This document shows positions 38,113 to 48,213 of a DNA stretch of 64,000 nt, in pieces. Under the pieces are notes generated by a model. That model was not told the DNA's origin. It did not search any database and saw only the letters and a list, made by a program, of their open reading frames with translations. The position numbers and the translations under genes were made by a program. Each line of letters starts with the position of its first letter. Position 1 is the first letter of the stretch. The stretch spans positions 21,830 through 85,829 of IMG/VR virus record IMGVR_UViG_3300028844_002207. One strand, 5' to 3'. This DNA comes from a virus.

Positions 38113-38580
38113 ATGAGTGATAAAAAACCTAAAAAGAAGTTTAAAGATACCAAAGTAGGACAGTTCCTTACAAAGAAGGTCCCTAGTATACTTGGTCTTG
38201 CCGGGGAGTTGCTTCCTGATGCAGGTGTTTTAGGTATGGTTAAATCTTTAATACAAAAAGAGGAAACATTATCACCAGTTGATAAAGAGCATGCATTAAA
38301 ACTGCTTGAACAAGATATGGTTGAAATGCAAGAGGTTAGCAAGCGTTGGGTCAGTGACATGAGCTCTGATTCTTGGCTAAGTAAAAACACTAGACCAATG
38401 ACTTTGATATTTTTAACTATATCAATGGTAATATTTATGTTATTGGACAGTACTGACATTGACTTTAAAGTAGATTCAGTATGGGTAGACTTATTAAAGT
38501 CATTATTAATAACAGTTTATGTAGCTTACTTTGGTTCAAGGGGAGCTGAGAAATTTAAATCAATTAGTAATAAAAATTAA
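38113..38580 (+). CDS. Holin-like membrane protein (GTA 3TM-holin-like)
   Basis: 155 aa; RWVSDMSSDSWLSKNTRPMTL and AYFGSRGAEK motifs, plus hydrophobic segments. Confidence 0.65.
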   Translation: MSDKKPKKKFKDTKVGQFLTKKVPSILGLAGELLPDAGVLGMVKSLIQKEETLSPVDKEHALKLLEQDMVEMQEVSKRWVSDMSSDSWLSKNTRPMTLIFLTISMVIFMLLDSTDIDFKVDSVWVDLLKSLLITVYVAYFGSRGAEKFKSISNKN

Positions 38581-38592
38581 AAATTAAGAATT

Positions 38593-38775
38593 ATGAAAAA
38601 TGAAAAATACACATATGGTGGTGGATTTACAAAAGGTGCTGGTGATGGAGACATAACTCCAGGTAAAGCAGGAATGGAATCAATGGCTAAAAGTGGAGGA
38701 CTAAAAGGTTTTATGTCTGGCGGGTCAGTGATAGACTATAAAATGTATGGTGGAACAAAATCTAAAAAGAAGTAA
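38593..38775 (+). CDS. Small basic Gly-rich protein made of xxxGG motifs
   Basis: 60 aa; YTYGG, AKSGG, FMSGG, KMYGG. Confidence 0.6.
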   Translation: MKNEKYTYGGGFTKGAGDGDITPGKAGMESMAKSGGLKGFMSGGSVIDYKMYGGTKSKKK

Positions 38776-38777
38776 TC

Positions 38778-39011
38778 ATGGCAAAAAAGATATCATTCCC
38801 TATGCAGGGAGCTAACTATAAAAGAGCTACAACTAATGGTGTTTATAATCCTACGGCTATTCCTCAAGCAATACAAAATGCTAAGAATAAAAAGGCTGTA
38901 GAAGCAAGAATTAGAATGGCTAAAAAAACAAACTTAAATCCACCACAAAAGTCTACTAGAGCAGCAGAACCTGTTCAATCAGAAGCTTTTAAAAATGGAT
39001 ATTGTAAATAA
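38778..39011 (+). CDS. Small basic hypothetical protein
   Basis: 77 aa, tightly packed in the operon. Confidence 0.6.
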   Translation: MAKKISFPMQGANYKRATTNGVYNPTAIPQAIQNAKNKKAVEARIRMAKKTNLNPPQKSTRAAEPVQSEAFKNGYCK

Positions 39012-39017
39012 TTAATT

Positions 39018-39362
39018 ATGGCAACATTAATTGCACAAAGAATATTGCAGGAGGGTTTAAAGCCCACAACAACAACACCTGCAGCAGCAGGTGATAAATT
39101 AGCTAATACAGGAACAGAATTCTTTCATTTAGAAAATGATAGTGCTGTATCAGTAACTGCTACTGTAATACCAGTGGTAACAACAGTAATAGATCCTTCA
39201 TTAGGAACATTAGTTAAGGAAAACGCTGTAATAACTTTGACAGCTGGGCAAGAAGGTTTTTTAGGACCTTTTGAAGTTGATGCATTTAATGATGCTGATG
39301 GAAATATAACAATAACATGCACAGTACAAGCAGGCGTTAAACTATCTGCACTGTACTTATAA
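39018..39362 (+). CDS. Putative small structural (beta-rich) protein
   Basis: 114 aa, Thr/Ala/Val-rich, AAAGDK..N.G...GPF pattern; lies in the structural operon. Confidence 0.5.
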   Translation: MATLIAQRILQEGLKPTTTTPAAAGDKLANTGTEFFHLENDSAVSVTATVIPVVTTVIDPSLGTLVKENAVITLTAGQEGFLGPFEVDAFNDADGNITITCTVQAGVKLSALYL

Positions 39363-39372
39363 AAAAAACAAA

Positions 39373-42129
39373 ATGAGCGTATTTATACAAGAGGTTTTAA
39401 ACCTACTGCAAAGAAACAAAGACAAGAAAACTCTTAATCTACAGACAGATTGGTTTGAGTTTGGTAAAAAGAGAAACAGTACATTAAATACTGGAACTTC
39501 TTATGCACCAAGGATGGAACCTTTTGTTATAAAGGGTCAAGATTTAGTATGTGAAATAACTAAAGGGTTAACTAGAACTATAGATGGATCAGGAGAAATA
39601 GGATTTGTTCCTGTTTATACTGAGACAGATGGAGTATGTGAACTAAAAGCATTAAAAGATAGTATCATAACTCAAGATGCCGGTAACACAACAATTAGTG
39701 TAAATGGTAATCTCTTTGTTAAAGCAGACTCAACATTAGCAGGTAATGTTAGTTTAGGTACTTCAGACCCATTAAATAAGATATGGTTAGCATCAAAAGT
39801 TTTAGATTTTAATCAAACAGAAGGGACACCTAGTCAGATCCTTGTTGCACTACCTGATGGCACTGTAGGTTGGAAAGATAATGAAGCAAGCGGTTGTAAA
39901 TGGATTGTAGGAGGAGAAGGTGGATTTAATGTTGATTGTGATGGTACAGTATTTTTTATTGGTGGTGATAAAATCACAACAATTGCCAATAGTTCTGATT
40001 CTATAACATTTAACCATGATAAACTTACTACTACCTATATCAATAACAATCTTGATCCAGGTTTTGGAGATTCTTTTGATGCTGTTTCAGTTATAAAAGT
40101 AGATAATTGGGGTCATGTAGATGAAATTACTACACAAAAAATTACTTTACCTGCAGAAACTACTTATGATTTAACAGGTGAAGTATCTGGTACAGATGAT
40201 TTTGCAATAGGATTAGCAGGATCAGATGGAACATTAGACAAAGTCCTATTAAAAGCAGGTACTAATATTACACTTACTGATGATGGATCAAATGGTGTAA
40301 CAATTACTGCAACTGGAGGATCATCTTCACCAGTAATGACATCTACAGTTACCGGAACAGGTAAATTGTGGAGTGATGTTGTACAAGCACAACCAGCAGC
40401 TGCTGTATCAGATGTAGATCAAAGAACTTATGGTGTGCAATTCAATGATGCATCACAACTTGTTGTTAATGTACCATGGGTTGAAGGATCAGGTTCTGTA
40501 GTAGTTGGTAATCCGGGCAATCCTACAGTAGACTTAACTTCTATAAGTATAGATGGTACTGTTTACGGTATTGCATCAGGAGGTGGAGGAACTGTAACCA
40601 GTGTTGGTTTAGCAGCTCCCTCAGCATTTACTGTAACTAATAGTCCTGTAACAAGTAATGGAACATTAACTCTTGCAGGTGCAGGAGCAACAACAGACTA
40701 TATAGATGGAACAGGTGCTTTACAAGCTTTTCCTTCTATTCCAACAAACATAGTTGAAACTGTAGACACACAAAATGGTACATATATTGATATGACACCA
40801 ACAGGTGCTGTAGATGGTGATGTTGTTGTAACAGCAGAATTATCAGCAGTTGATGGTACAGATACTTCAGGTAAATTCTTAAGTAAAGATAATGTATGGT
40901 CAGCAATTCCAGGAGGAAATCCAGGAACTGTAACTACTGTTTCAACTGAAGTAACTCCTGTTGTAGCAAATTCAATTGACTTTACTGTAGCTGATCCAAC
41001 AACAACACCTAAATTAACTATAGATTTTAAAGGGGTAGCTGGACAGTATATAAATGGAGAAGGTGAATTAACAACATTCCCTACTCAAGAAGATGTGAAA
41101 TTTAAATATGATGCAGCAGATACTCAAGCAGGATATTGGAGTGAAAAAGTAACAATAGGTTCAGGTTTATCAGGTTCAGTTGATACAGATGTAAATGGTG
41201 TTAAAACATTAACTATAAGTGCTCTATCATTCAGTACAGTAAATAGTATTAAGGTTGGTAATACTACAGAGTCAGGAGCGTTTGAGTTTGTTGGTCCCGG
41301 TGTTAGCATGGTATCAGGTAACCCTAGTGTTATAACTTTTGCAAGTGTACTATCATTAGCAGCAACAACAGCAGGTGATGCATTAGATGTTGCAGTAACA
41401 AATGATAGCAGTAATACAGGAGACAGTACTTTAGACTTTACATGGGCAGGATCTGCATCTGAGTATATAAACGGCCAGGGTAATTTAATTACATTCCCAT
41501 CAATACCAACAGAATATACAAGCTGGAACTTAGTTGGAGATTTAGGAAGTTCACAAACAATAGAAACAAATAATACTGTACTAATAGCAGGAGGTGTTGG
41601 TTTAACATCAACAGCATCTGCAACAGATACATTAACTATTGATTTAGATGATACAGCAGTAACGCCAGGTGCATATACTAGTGCAGACATAACGGTTGAT
41701 CAACAAGGTAGAATTACTGCAGTTGCTAATGGTACTGGTGGTGGTTCTTTACCTTATAAGACGTTTGTTGCATCATGGACTCATCCAAAAGGTAGCCCAA
41801 TAACACTAAACATACTTGAAAATACAACATCTTGTGAGGTTACTTGTACATTAGCAAAGAATGGTCAGTATAATTTTTCCTTTCATGCACCGGGTGATCC
41901 GGCAACCGCTTGTGAAGATGTACGTGTAGGTATGGATGTATGGTGTCTAGTAGGTGGTAGATCAGTAATAACAGAAGGAGTTAATCCTGCAGAATTATAC
42001 TTTAGACAAAGTCCTGTTACTATAGGTCCTGTAATTGTTGAAATTGATTTCTTAGAGGAAGATAATACACCAAGTACTAAAGGTCTACTTCAAGGTAACA
42101 TTGAAGTTAGATTTTACCCTAAAGAATAA
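39373..42129 (+). CDS. Tail/head fibre protein
   Basis: 918 aa, Gly/Thr/Ser-rich; GTVTSV repeats, TPGAYTSADITVDQQGRITAVANG fibre motif, three YI(D/N)GxGxLxxFP repeats. Confidence 0.75.
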   Translation: MSVFIQEVLNLLQRNKDKKTLNLQTDWFEFGKKRNSTLNTGTSYAPRMEPFVIKGQDLVCEITKGLTRTIDGSGEIGFVPVYTETDGVCELKALKDSIITQDAGNTTISVNGNLFVKADSTLAGNVSLGTSDPLNKIWLASKVLDFNQTEGTPSQILVALPDGTVGWKDNEASGCKWIVGGEGGFNVDCDGTVFFIGGDKITTIANSSDSITFNHDKLTTTYINNNLDPGFGDSFDAVSVIKVDNWGHVDEITTQKITLPAETTYDLTGEVSGTDDFAIGLAGSDGTLDKVLLKAGTNITLTDDGSNGVTITATGGSSSPVMTSTVTGTGKLWSDVVQAQPAAAVSDVDQRTYGVQFNDASQLVVNVPWVEGSGSVVVGNPGNPTVDLTSISIDGTVYGIASGGGGTVTSVGLAAPSAFTVTNSPVTSNGTLTLAGAGATTDYIDGTGALQAFPSIPTNIVETVDTQNGTYIDMTPTGAVDGDVVVTAELSAVDGTDTSGKFLSKDNVWSAIPGGNPGTVTTVSTEVTPVVANSIDFTVADPTTTPKLTIDFKGVAGQYINGEGELTTFPTQEDVKFKYDAADTQAGYWSEKVTIGSGLSGSVDTDVNGVKTLTISALSFSTVNSIKVGNTTESGAFEFVGPGVSMVSGNPSVITFASVLSLAATTAGDALDVAVTNDSSNTGDSTLDFTWAGSASEYINGQGNLITFPSIPTEYTSWNLVGDLGSSQTIETNNTVLIAGGVGLTSTASATDTLTIDLDDTAVTPGAYTSADITVDQQGRITAVANGTGGGSLPYKTFVASWTHPKGSPITLNILENTTSCEVTCTLAKNGQYNFSFHAPGDPATACEDVRVGMDVWCLVGGRSVITEGVNPAELYFRQSPVTIGPVIVEIDFLEEDNTPSTKGLLQGNIEVRFYPKE
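40696..41502 (+). repeat. Three protein-level repeats [DQE]YI[DN]GxGxLxxFP[ST] in the fibre gene
   Basis: Copies at ~40696-40737, ~41044-41085 and ~41461-41502. Confidence 0.7.
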
Positions 42130-42147
42130 ACATAGCATTTTAAAATA

Positions 42148-42170
42148 GAGCCCGGTTTATTCCGGGCTTT
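42148..42170. terminator. Bidirectional intrinsic terminator at the convergence of the two gene blocks
   Basis: AGCCCGG-TTTATT-CCGGGCT perfect stem, A-rich on the left and T-rich on the right, between convergent stops 42129 and 42172. Confidence 0.8.
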
Positions 42171-42171
42171 A

Positions 42172-42471
42172 TTATTCTTCAATTGCTTCAGCATCTTCTA
42201 GTTCTTTTTGTAAACATGCAAGAGCACGCCAAGCAACCTTTGCGGTGTGACGAATTCCATCATCATCCATAGTACCTGCATCAATAAGATGTCTAGCTAA
42301 TGCATCAAAGTCATCATTAGATTTAGTGCGGTCCCAATGCAAAGGTTTATCAGGATGGTGTTGTTTGTTTCCCTGTAAGGATACACGAGCTATTTCCATA
42401 ATAGCATCCGGGAAGTATCTAAGAACACCAGTAAATACTGGAGTAGCTTTTCTAGTTTCAGCTTTTTTCAT
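42172..42471 (-). CDS. DUF5664-like (dATP/dGTP diphosphohydrolase N-terminal-like) protein
   Basis: FTGVLRYFPDAIMEIARVSLQGNKQH...HW...DALARHL...HTAKVAWRALA pattern. Confidence 0.7.
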   Translation of the reverse strand: MKKAETRKATPVFTGVLRYFPDAIMEIARVSLQGNKQHHPDKPLHWDRTKSNDDFDALARHLIDAGTMDDDGIRHTAKVAWRALACLQKELEDAEAIEE

Positions 42472-42486
42472 TTCTCTTTGGTGTTT

Positions 42487-42678
42487 TCATTTGTCTTTAT
42501 TTTTACGATAGTCTATAATAAAGCCTATTGCTACGATCAGGTTTAATCCCATGCTAGCAATAATTTCATGTATGTCTTTATATGTATTTATTGATAAGTG
42601 CACATGACCTATAACCCAAAAAGGTATTGCCATCTGCTGACTATACCATATTAAAGCAAACTCTAGAAATTTCTTCAT
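42487..42678 (-). CDS. Small membrane protein
   Basis: 63 aa with two hydrophobic segments. Confidence 0.6.
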   Translation of the reverse strand: MKKFLEFALIWYSQQMAIPFWVIGHVHLSINTYKDIHEIIASMGLNLIVAIGFIIDYRKNKDK

Positions 42679-42708
42679 GTGTTTTTCTTTTGTAGGGTAA
42701 TTAAATAA

Positions 42709-42757
42709 GGAGCCAGGGCCTAAGAATGCGTAACTCAGACCCCGGTTGGTTTTCTCC
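42709..42757 (-). other. GC-rich intergenic RNA hairpin
   Basis: Minus-strand CCGGGGUCUGAG / CUUAGGCCCUGG, 12 bp with 3 G-U pairs, 9-nt loop, closed by GGAG/CUCC. Confidence 0.55.
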
Positions 42758-42831
42758 TATTTATTCATTTTGTTTTGACTACTAATGTATAAAAAGAGTA
42801 TAGCTAATAAAAGTGCAACTATTAATTTCAC
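42757..42831 (-). CDS. Possible 24-aa hydrophobic peptide
   Basis: GTG start overlapping the DUF932 stop (GTGA): MKLIVALLLAILFLYISSQNKMNK. Confidence 0.35.
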   Translation of the reverse strand: MKLIVALLLAILFLYISSQNKMNK

Positions 42832-43709
42832 TGATCTAAAAATACATTTTCTATTAATTGTGTGTCAGTTATATCTTCATCAACTTCAACAACTTCACTT
42901 ACTGGTTCAGAAATAACTACAACTTTGTCAGATAATATAGTCTCTTTCTTTAGGGCAGGTTGAGAGTTATTCAAACACTCTGCAACAATAAAGTCATGAA
43001 AGTTCTGGCTATCTTGTAACCAGTACCGTGGATGTGCTTTCTTTAATGCATGTGTAACATGATTGTAAAAAGTCCAACAGGTATTTGATTCTGTCCCATA
43101 ATGAAATGATGGTTTAGCTAGCTCAGCTTTAATAATAGATGTTTGTTGAGAATCAATCAATTCTTCTTGTACAAACATTCTACCTACTAATTCAGCTTGT
43201 TCTCTATCAGTAAGAGTGATCATTTTCATTGCATCTCTATCTTGGATAATACGTTTATAATACTTTTCAGCATTCTTAACTTGATCAGCAATGTTTATAG
43301 AACAATCTAAATTTGCCGTCCCGGTATGCTTTCTTTTAAAATTCATCATATCCCCGGCAACCATGCCGTTATAACAAATCTTAACGTAAGCTCCAATAGC
43401 ACACTGGAATCTAACAAGTTTATTATATGAATTTGTCCAAGCAAACATCATCCCTAATTCAGTTTCATTAATGATTTCATCATCAACACTTCTACTAGGA
43501 TAGATATGATAAATACCTTGTGCAATTGTAGCATTAGTATTTGCTCTGTATATCTCTCTTTGAACTGTGAACCCGCTCTTTCTGAGCAGGGTTAACGTAT
43601 TGTCTATCACCTCTTTGTGTGTGACAACTGTATATGTCTTACCATGATTAGGTAAGGGTGCATTCTCTAAATAAGACCTTGTGGTCTCTGTTGGTTTTTT
43701 ATGTCCCAT
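42828..43709 (-). CDS. DUF932-family protein
   Basis: VVTHKEVID...FAWTNSYN...GAYVKICYNGM...RKHTG...WTFYNHVT pattern. Confidence 0.7.
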   Translation of the reverse strand: MGHKKPTETTRSYLENAPLPNHGKTYTVVTHKEVIDNTLTLLRKSGFTVQREIYRANTNATIAQGIYHIYPSRSVDDEIINETELGMMFAWTNSYNKLVRFQCAIGAYVKICYNGMVAGDMMNFKRKHTGTANLDCSINIADQVKNAEKYYKRIIQDRDAMKMITLTDREQAELVGRMFVQEELIDSQQTSIIKAELAKPSFHYGTESNTCWTFYNHVTHALKKAHPRYWLQDSQNFHDFIVAECLNNSQPALKKETILSDKVVVISEPVSEVVEVDEDITDTQLIENVFLDQ

Positions 43710-43729
43710 AATATTAAACTTTTGAAGTG

Positions 43730-43760
43730 TAAATATAATAAATTAATCTGACACAGCAAA
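43730..43760 (-). promoter_or_regulatory. Bacteroidota-type sigma promoter (-33 TTTG, -7 TAnnTTTG-like)
   Basis: TTTG-N19-TATATTTA, 20 nt upstream of ATG 43709. Confidence 0.55.
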
Positions 43761-44060
43761 TTAATCTTTTACAAATTGTCCATTAATCATTCTACCTGTA
43801 CGTTTAGAGATAACATTATAAGCTGACTTAAGGCAATATTCTAAAGATACATTTTGCATCTTAGCCTGAATAATCAGGGTGACCATAATATCACCCATAG
43901 CATCAACAATCTCTTCACGGTCATCAGCATTGATAGCCGTGCAAAGCTCAGTTGTTTCTTCTAATGTCTTCAACGCTTGGGCCATTGGTGTGGCTTTGTC
44001 AAAGATACCTTTTTCTTCTGCCCAGCTTTCAACTGCACATTCTAATTCAAAATAATCCAT
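43761..44060 (-). CDS. MazG-like nucleotide pyrophosphohydrolase
   Basis: KTLEETTEL...EIVDAMGDIMVT...AYNVISKRTG...FVKD. Confidence 0.85.
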   Translation of the reverse strand: MDYFELECAVESWAEEKGIFDKATPMAQALKTLEETTELCTAINADDREEIVDAMGDIMVTLIIQAKMQNVSLEYCLKSAYNVISKRTGRMINGQFVKD

Positions 44061-44078
44061 AATTTAGTTTTTAGTTTA

Positions 44079-45707
<1,629 letters not shown>

Positions 45708-47699
45708 TTAAAATAATTTTAGTTGATTTGTATTTACTGTTAATATACTATTAATCTCTGCTTCAATAGCTTGCATATAATATAGCTTATCTATATTATA
45801 GTCAGACCATTTAGGAGCCACTTTCATCTTATTAAAGACTGTTTGTACCCATCTACCTGCTTCTAATTGAATCTCACGCCCGTCATTTTTGTTGACTTTA
45901 ATAATCTTTACACCATCTTTAGATATAAAATATCTATTAATTTTCTGCAAAGACTCTTCATTAAAGGAACCATTTTTTATACTACGAGCTACTTGTTGCC
46001 AATCACCTTTTGATTTACCGCCTATACAGTAATCAAGAATATTTTTATTCTCTTCTAAGTAATCTTCTGGTAGTACATCATTAACAAAGTATTGATATAT
46101 GGCCTTTGGGATCACTAGCTTAGACTTATTCTTATGTAACTGCAGGTTATGAAAATCAAATCTACCTTTAAGCTTAACAGGGGCAAAGCTAAACTTATCA
46201 TTCTCAACCTTAAATAGGTAATGAGGCTGACTCTGTTTAATCTCTCTCCACTTAGTAATGTCAACGTTTACAAAGTTGTTTACACCAATGTAATTATTAA
46301 CATCTGAAAGTACCAATTTTTGGTATTCATCATGTTCTAAGTTTAAACTTGTAGTGCGCTCCCATTCTTCACATATTTCCATATATAAATCATAGTGCTC
46401 TCTAGGTATAATAGTTTCTACACCATCTGTGTTTTGCAATAAAGCAATTGCGCCAGGTATACGTTCCATTATTTGCTCATACAACATCATCAGTGTCAAC
46501 TGACCATTAATTGTAATTCTCATACATAACTCAGGATCATAAAAGAAGCTGTTTATATCATTGCTAAGACCAAAAGTAGAATTAAGTATAATCTTATATA
46601 CATAATTCATTGGATTGCTCTTAGGTATCTTCTTACGCTCCTCAAAGAACCACTCATACTGGTCACAAAATGCTTCTTTTGGGAAATGACCCGGAGACCA
46701 TTGATTTTTAATAGCAAGATTAGGGTAAAAACTAGTAACATCTGATGACATAATAATCATATCATCTGAGCTTTCATAAACACCTTTAGCCGCTGCACCG
46801 TGTGCACCACCTAATCCAAAATGAGTCTTAACATTTTTGTACAAGATGTTGTACTTAAAACTACCCTTTAACTTAGATGCATCTATCTCAAGTGATTTAA
46901 ACCTTTCATGTAGTAGTTTAAACTCAGGAGATGTAAATGAGATGTATGGTAATATTATATCTTTAACTTTTATAGTATCCCTATGAGTTCTCATTTGTTT
47001 AAGATTTCTCATTGGTATATTTAAGCTTCTAGATAAGTAATAACCAAATATTTCTTTACTGATCCTTGGTTCTGATGCACTAAACATGTTAATGTCATAA
47101 GTTGCAGTTAGTTCTTTTCTTAGGCCAACCTGAGACTTAGATCTATTATATATTTCTTTTGTAGATCTAACATCATTAATGCAATATTCAAGGATAATAT
47201 CTATTTCTTCTTGAGTTTTTATTTCTGTCTCATGATGAATAGGCATATCTAGAATGTTTTCCCAATCCATACTATACTGGATCCATTTAAGACTTGAACG
47301 TTTAGCTGGATTATCCCAATGATGTAATTTAAATATGTCTATCTGACCTATTTGCATCTTCCATTGAGGGTAATCACTGAATTCTTTTGCATTAGATTTT
47401 TGAATACAACGTTGGGCATACTTATAAATGATTTGAGCAATTTCACAACCGCTTAAATCAGACCACAAAAAGTGATTATCTATTATATAATGAGTGACTT
47501 GGCCATCAAAAGCTAATCCATTGTAGGATATATGCCACTCTCTGTTGTTAATATTTTCTTCAAGGAAACTTATGAAACTATCTAAATCATTACGCAGGTC
47601 ATGAACAACAAAGATTTTCCTTTCAGTAGTCTTATAGTGTTCAAATACCCCGGTAAAACAATTAGATAAAGTCTCATAGTCCATTACCCAATGTTTCAT
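45708..47699 (-). CDS. Family B DNA polymerase with 3'-5' exonuclease
   Basis: Exo motifs DYET, YNGLAFD, YCINDV; polymerase motifs SDVTSFYPN, KIILNSTFG, QNTDG. ATG 47699 preferred over the track TTG at 47726, which lies in a hairpin. Confidence 0.9.
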   Translation of the reverse strand: MKHWVMDYETLSNCFTGVFEHYKTTERKIFVVHDLRNDLDSFISFLEENINNREWHISYNGLAFDGQVTHYIIDNHFLWSDLSGCEIAQIIYKYAQRCIQKSNAKEFSDYPQWKMQIGQIDIFKLHHWDNPAKRSSLKWIQYSMDWENILDMPIHHETEIKTQEEIDIILEYCINDVRSTKEIYNRSKSQVGLRKELTATYDINMFSASEPRISKEIFGYYLSRSLNIPMRNLKQMRTHRDTIKVKDIILPYISFTSPEFKLLHERFKSLEIDASKLKGSFKYNILYKNVKTHFGLGGAHGAAAKGVYESSDDMIIMSSDVTSFYPNLAIKNQWSPGHFPKEAFCDQYEWFFEERKKIPKSNPMNYVYKIILNSTFGLSNDINSFFYDPELCMRITINGQLTLMMLYEQIMERIPGAIALLQNTDGVETIIPREHYDLYMEICEEWERTTSLNLEHDEYQKLVLSDVNNYIGVNNFVNVDITKWREIKQSQPHYLFKVENDKFSFAPVKLKGRFDFHNLQLHKNKSKLVIPKAIYQYFVNDVLPEDYLEENKNILDYCIGGKSKGDWQQVARSIKNGSFNEESLQKINRYFISKDGVKIIKVNKNDGREIQLEAGRWVQTVFNKMKVAPKWSDYNIDKLYYMQAIEAEINSILTVNTNQLKLF

Positions 47700-47724
47700 G
47701 TTTGTACTTTTAAATATTAGTGCC

Positions 47725-47754
47725 AAAAAAACCCCAAATCAATGAGGTTTCTTT
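47725..47754 (-). terminator. Intrinsic terminator upstream of polB
   Basis: Minus-strand AAAGAAACCUCA-UUGAUU-UGGGGUUUUUUU. Confidence 0.6.
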
Positions 47755-47790
47755 GTACCAGTCTAATAGGTGGATAGTATGGGAAGCCTA

Positions 47791-48207
47791 TTAGCCCGGA
47801 ATAATTATTTTAGAAGGTTCTGTCTTCTGTAAGTCTACAAAGAATTCTTCAACTGAAAAGTTATCAGCATTAATTGCAAACATATGAATGAATGTTTCTA
47901 TATCAGCTCTATCACTAAGATAAAACTCAGAAAATGTATCTACCAATCTTCTTTCTTCTTTATGTGTCTTACCTGTTTGTGGATTTGGATTTTTTAACCT
48001 TTGCGGTTGACCATCATCATCCAATTTAGGTACCATATGATAAGATTGTTTCATCACTTTACTGATGACTGCTAATATGCCTGACGCTGGGTCAAACATG
48101 GCTTCTGTGTAAGGTGAGTCTAAGCTCACAGGAATTAAAGTAAATGATTTAGTATTTCTAAAAGTAGAATTTACTAACATCATGTTTTGTCCAATTTGGT
48201 TTGCCAT
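47791..48207 (-). CDS. Hypothetical protein
   Basis: 138 aa, in operon. Confidence 0.7.
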   Translation of the reverse strand: MANQIGQNMMLVNSTFRNTKSFTLIPVSLDSPYTEAMFDPASGILAVISKVMKQSYHMVPKLDDDGQPQRLKNPNPQTGKTHKEERRLVDTFSEFYLSDRADIETFIHMFAINADNFSVEEFFVDLQKTEPSKIIIPG

Positions 48208-48213
48208 AATTTA

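Noticed and set aside
41124-41690. 188-aa minus-strand ORF
   Set aside because: Antisense shadow of the Thr/Gly-rich fibre gene.
42172-42471. Z-base (2-aminoadenine) genome inferred from the DUF5664-like gene
   Set aside because: No purZ or HD-type dATPase is in the window; the domain alone is insufficient.
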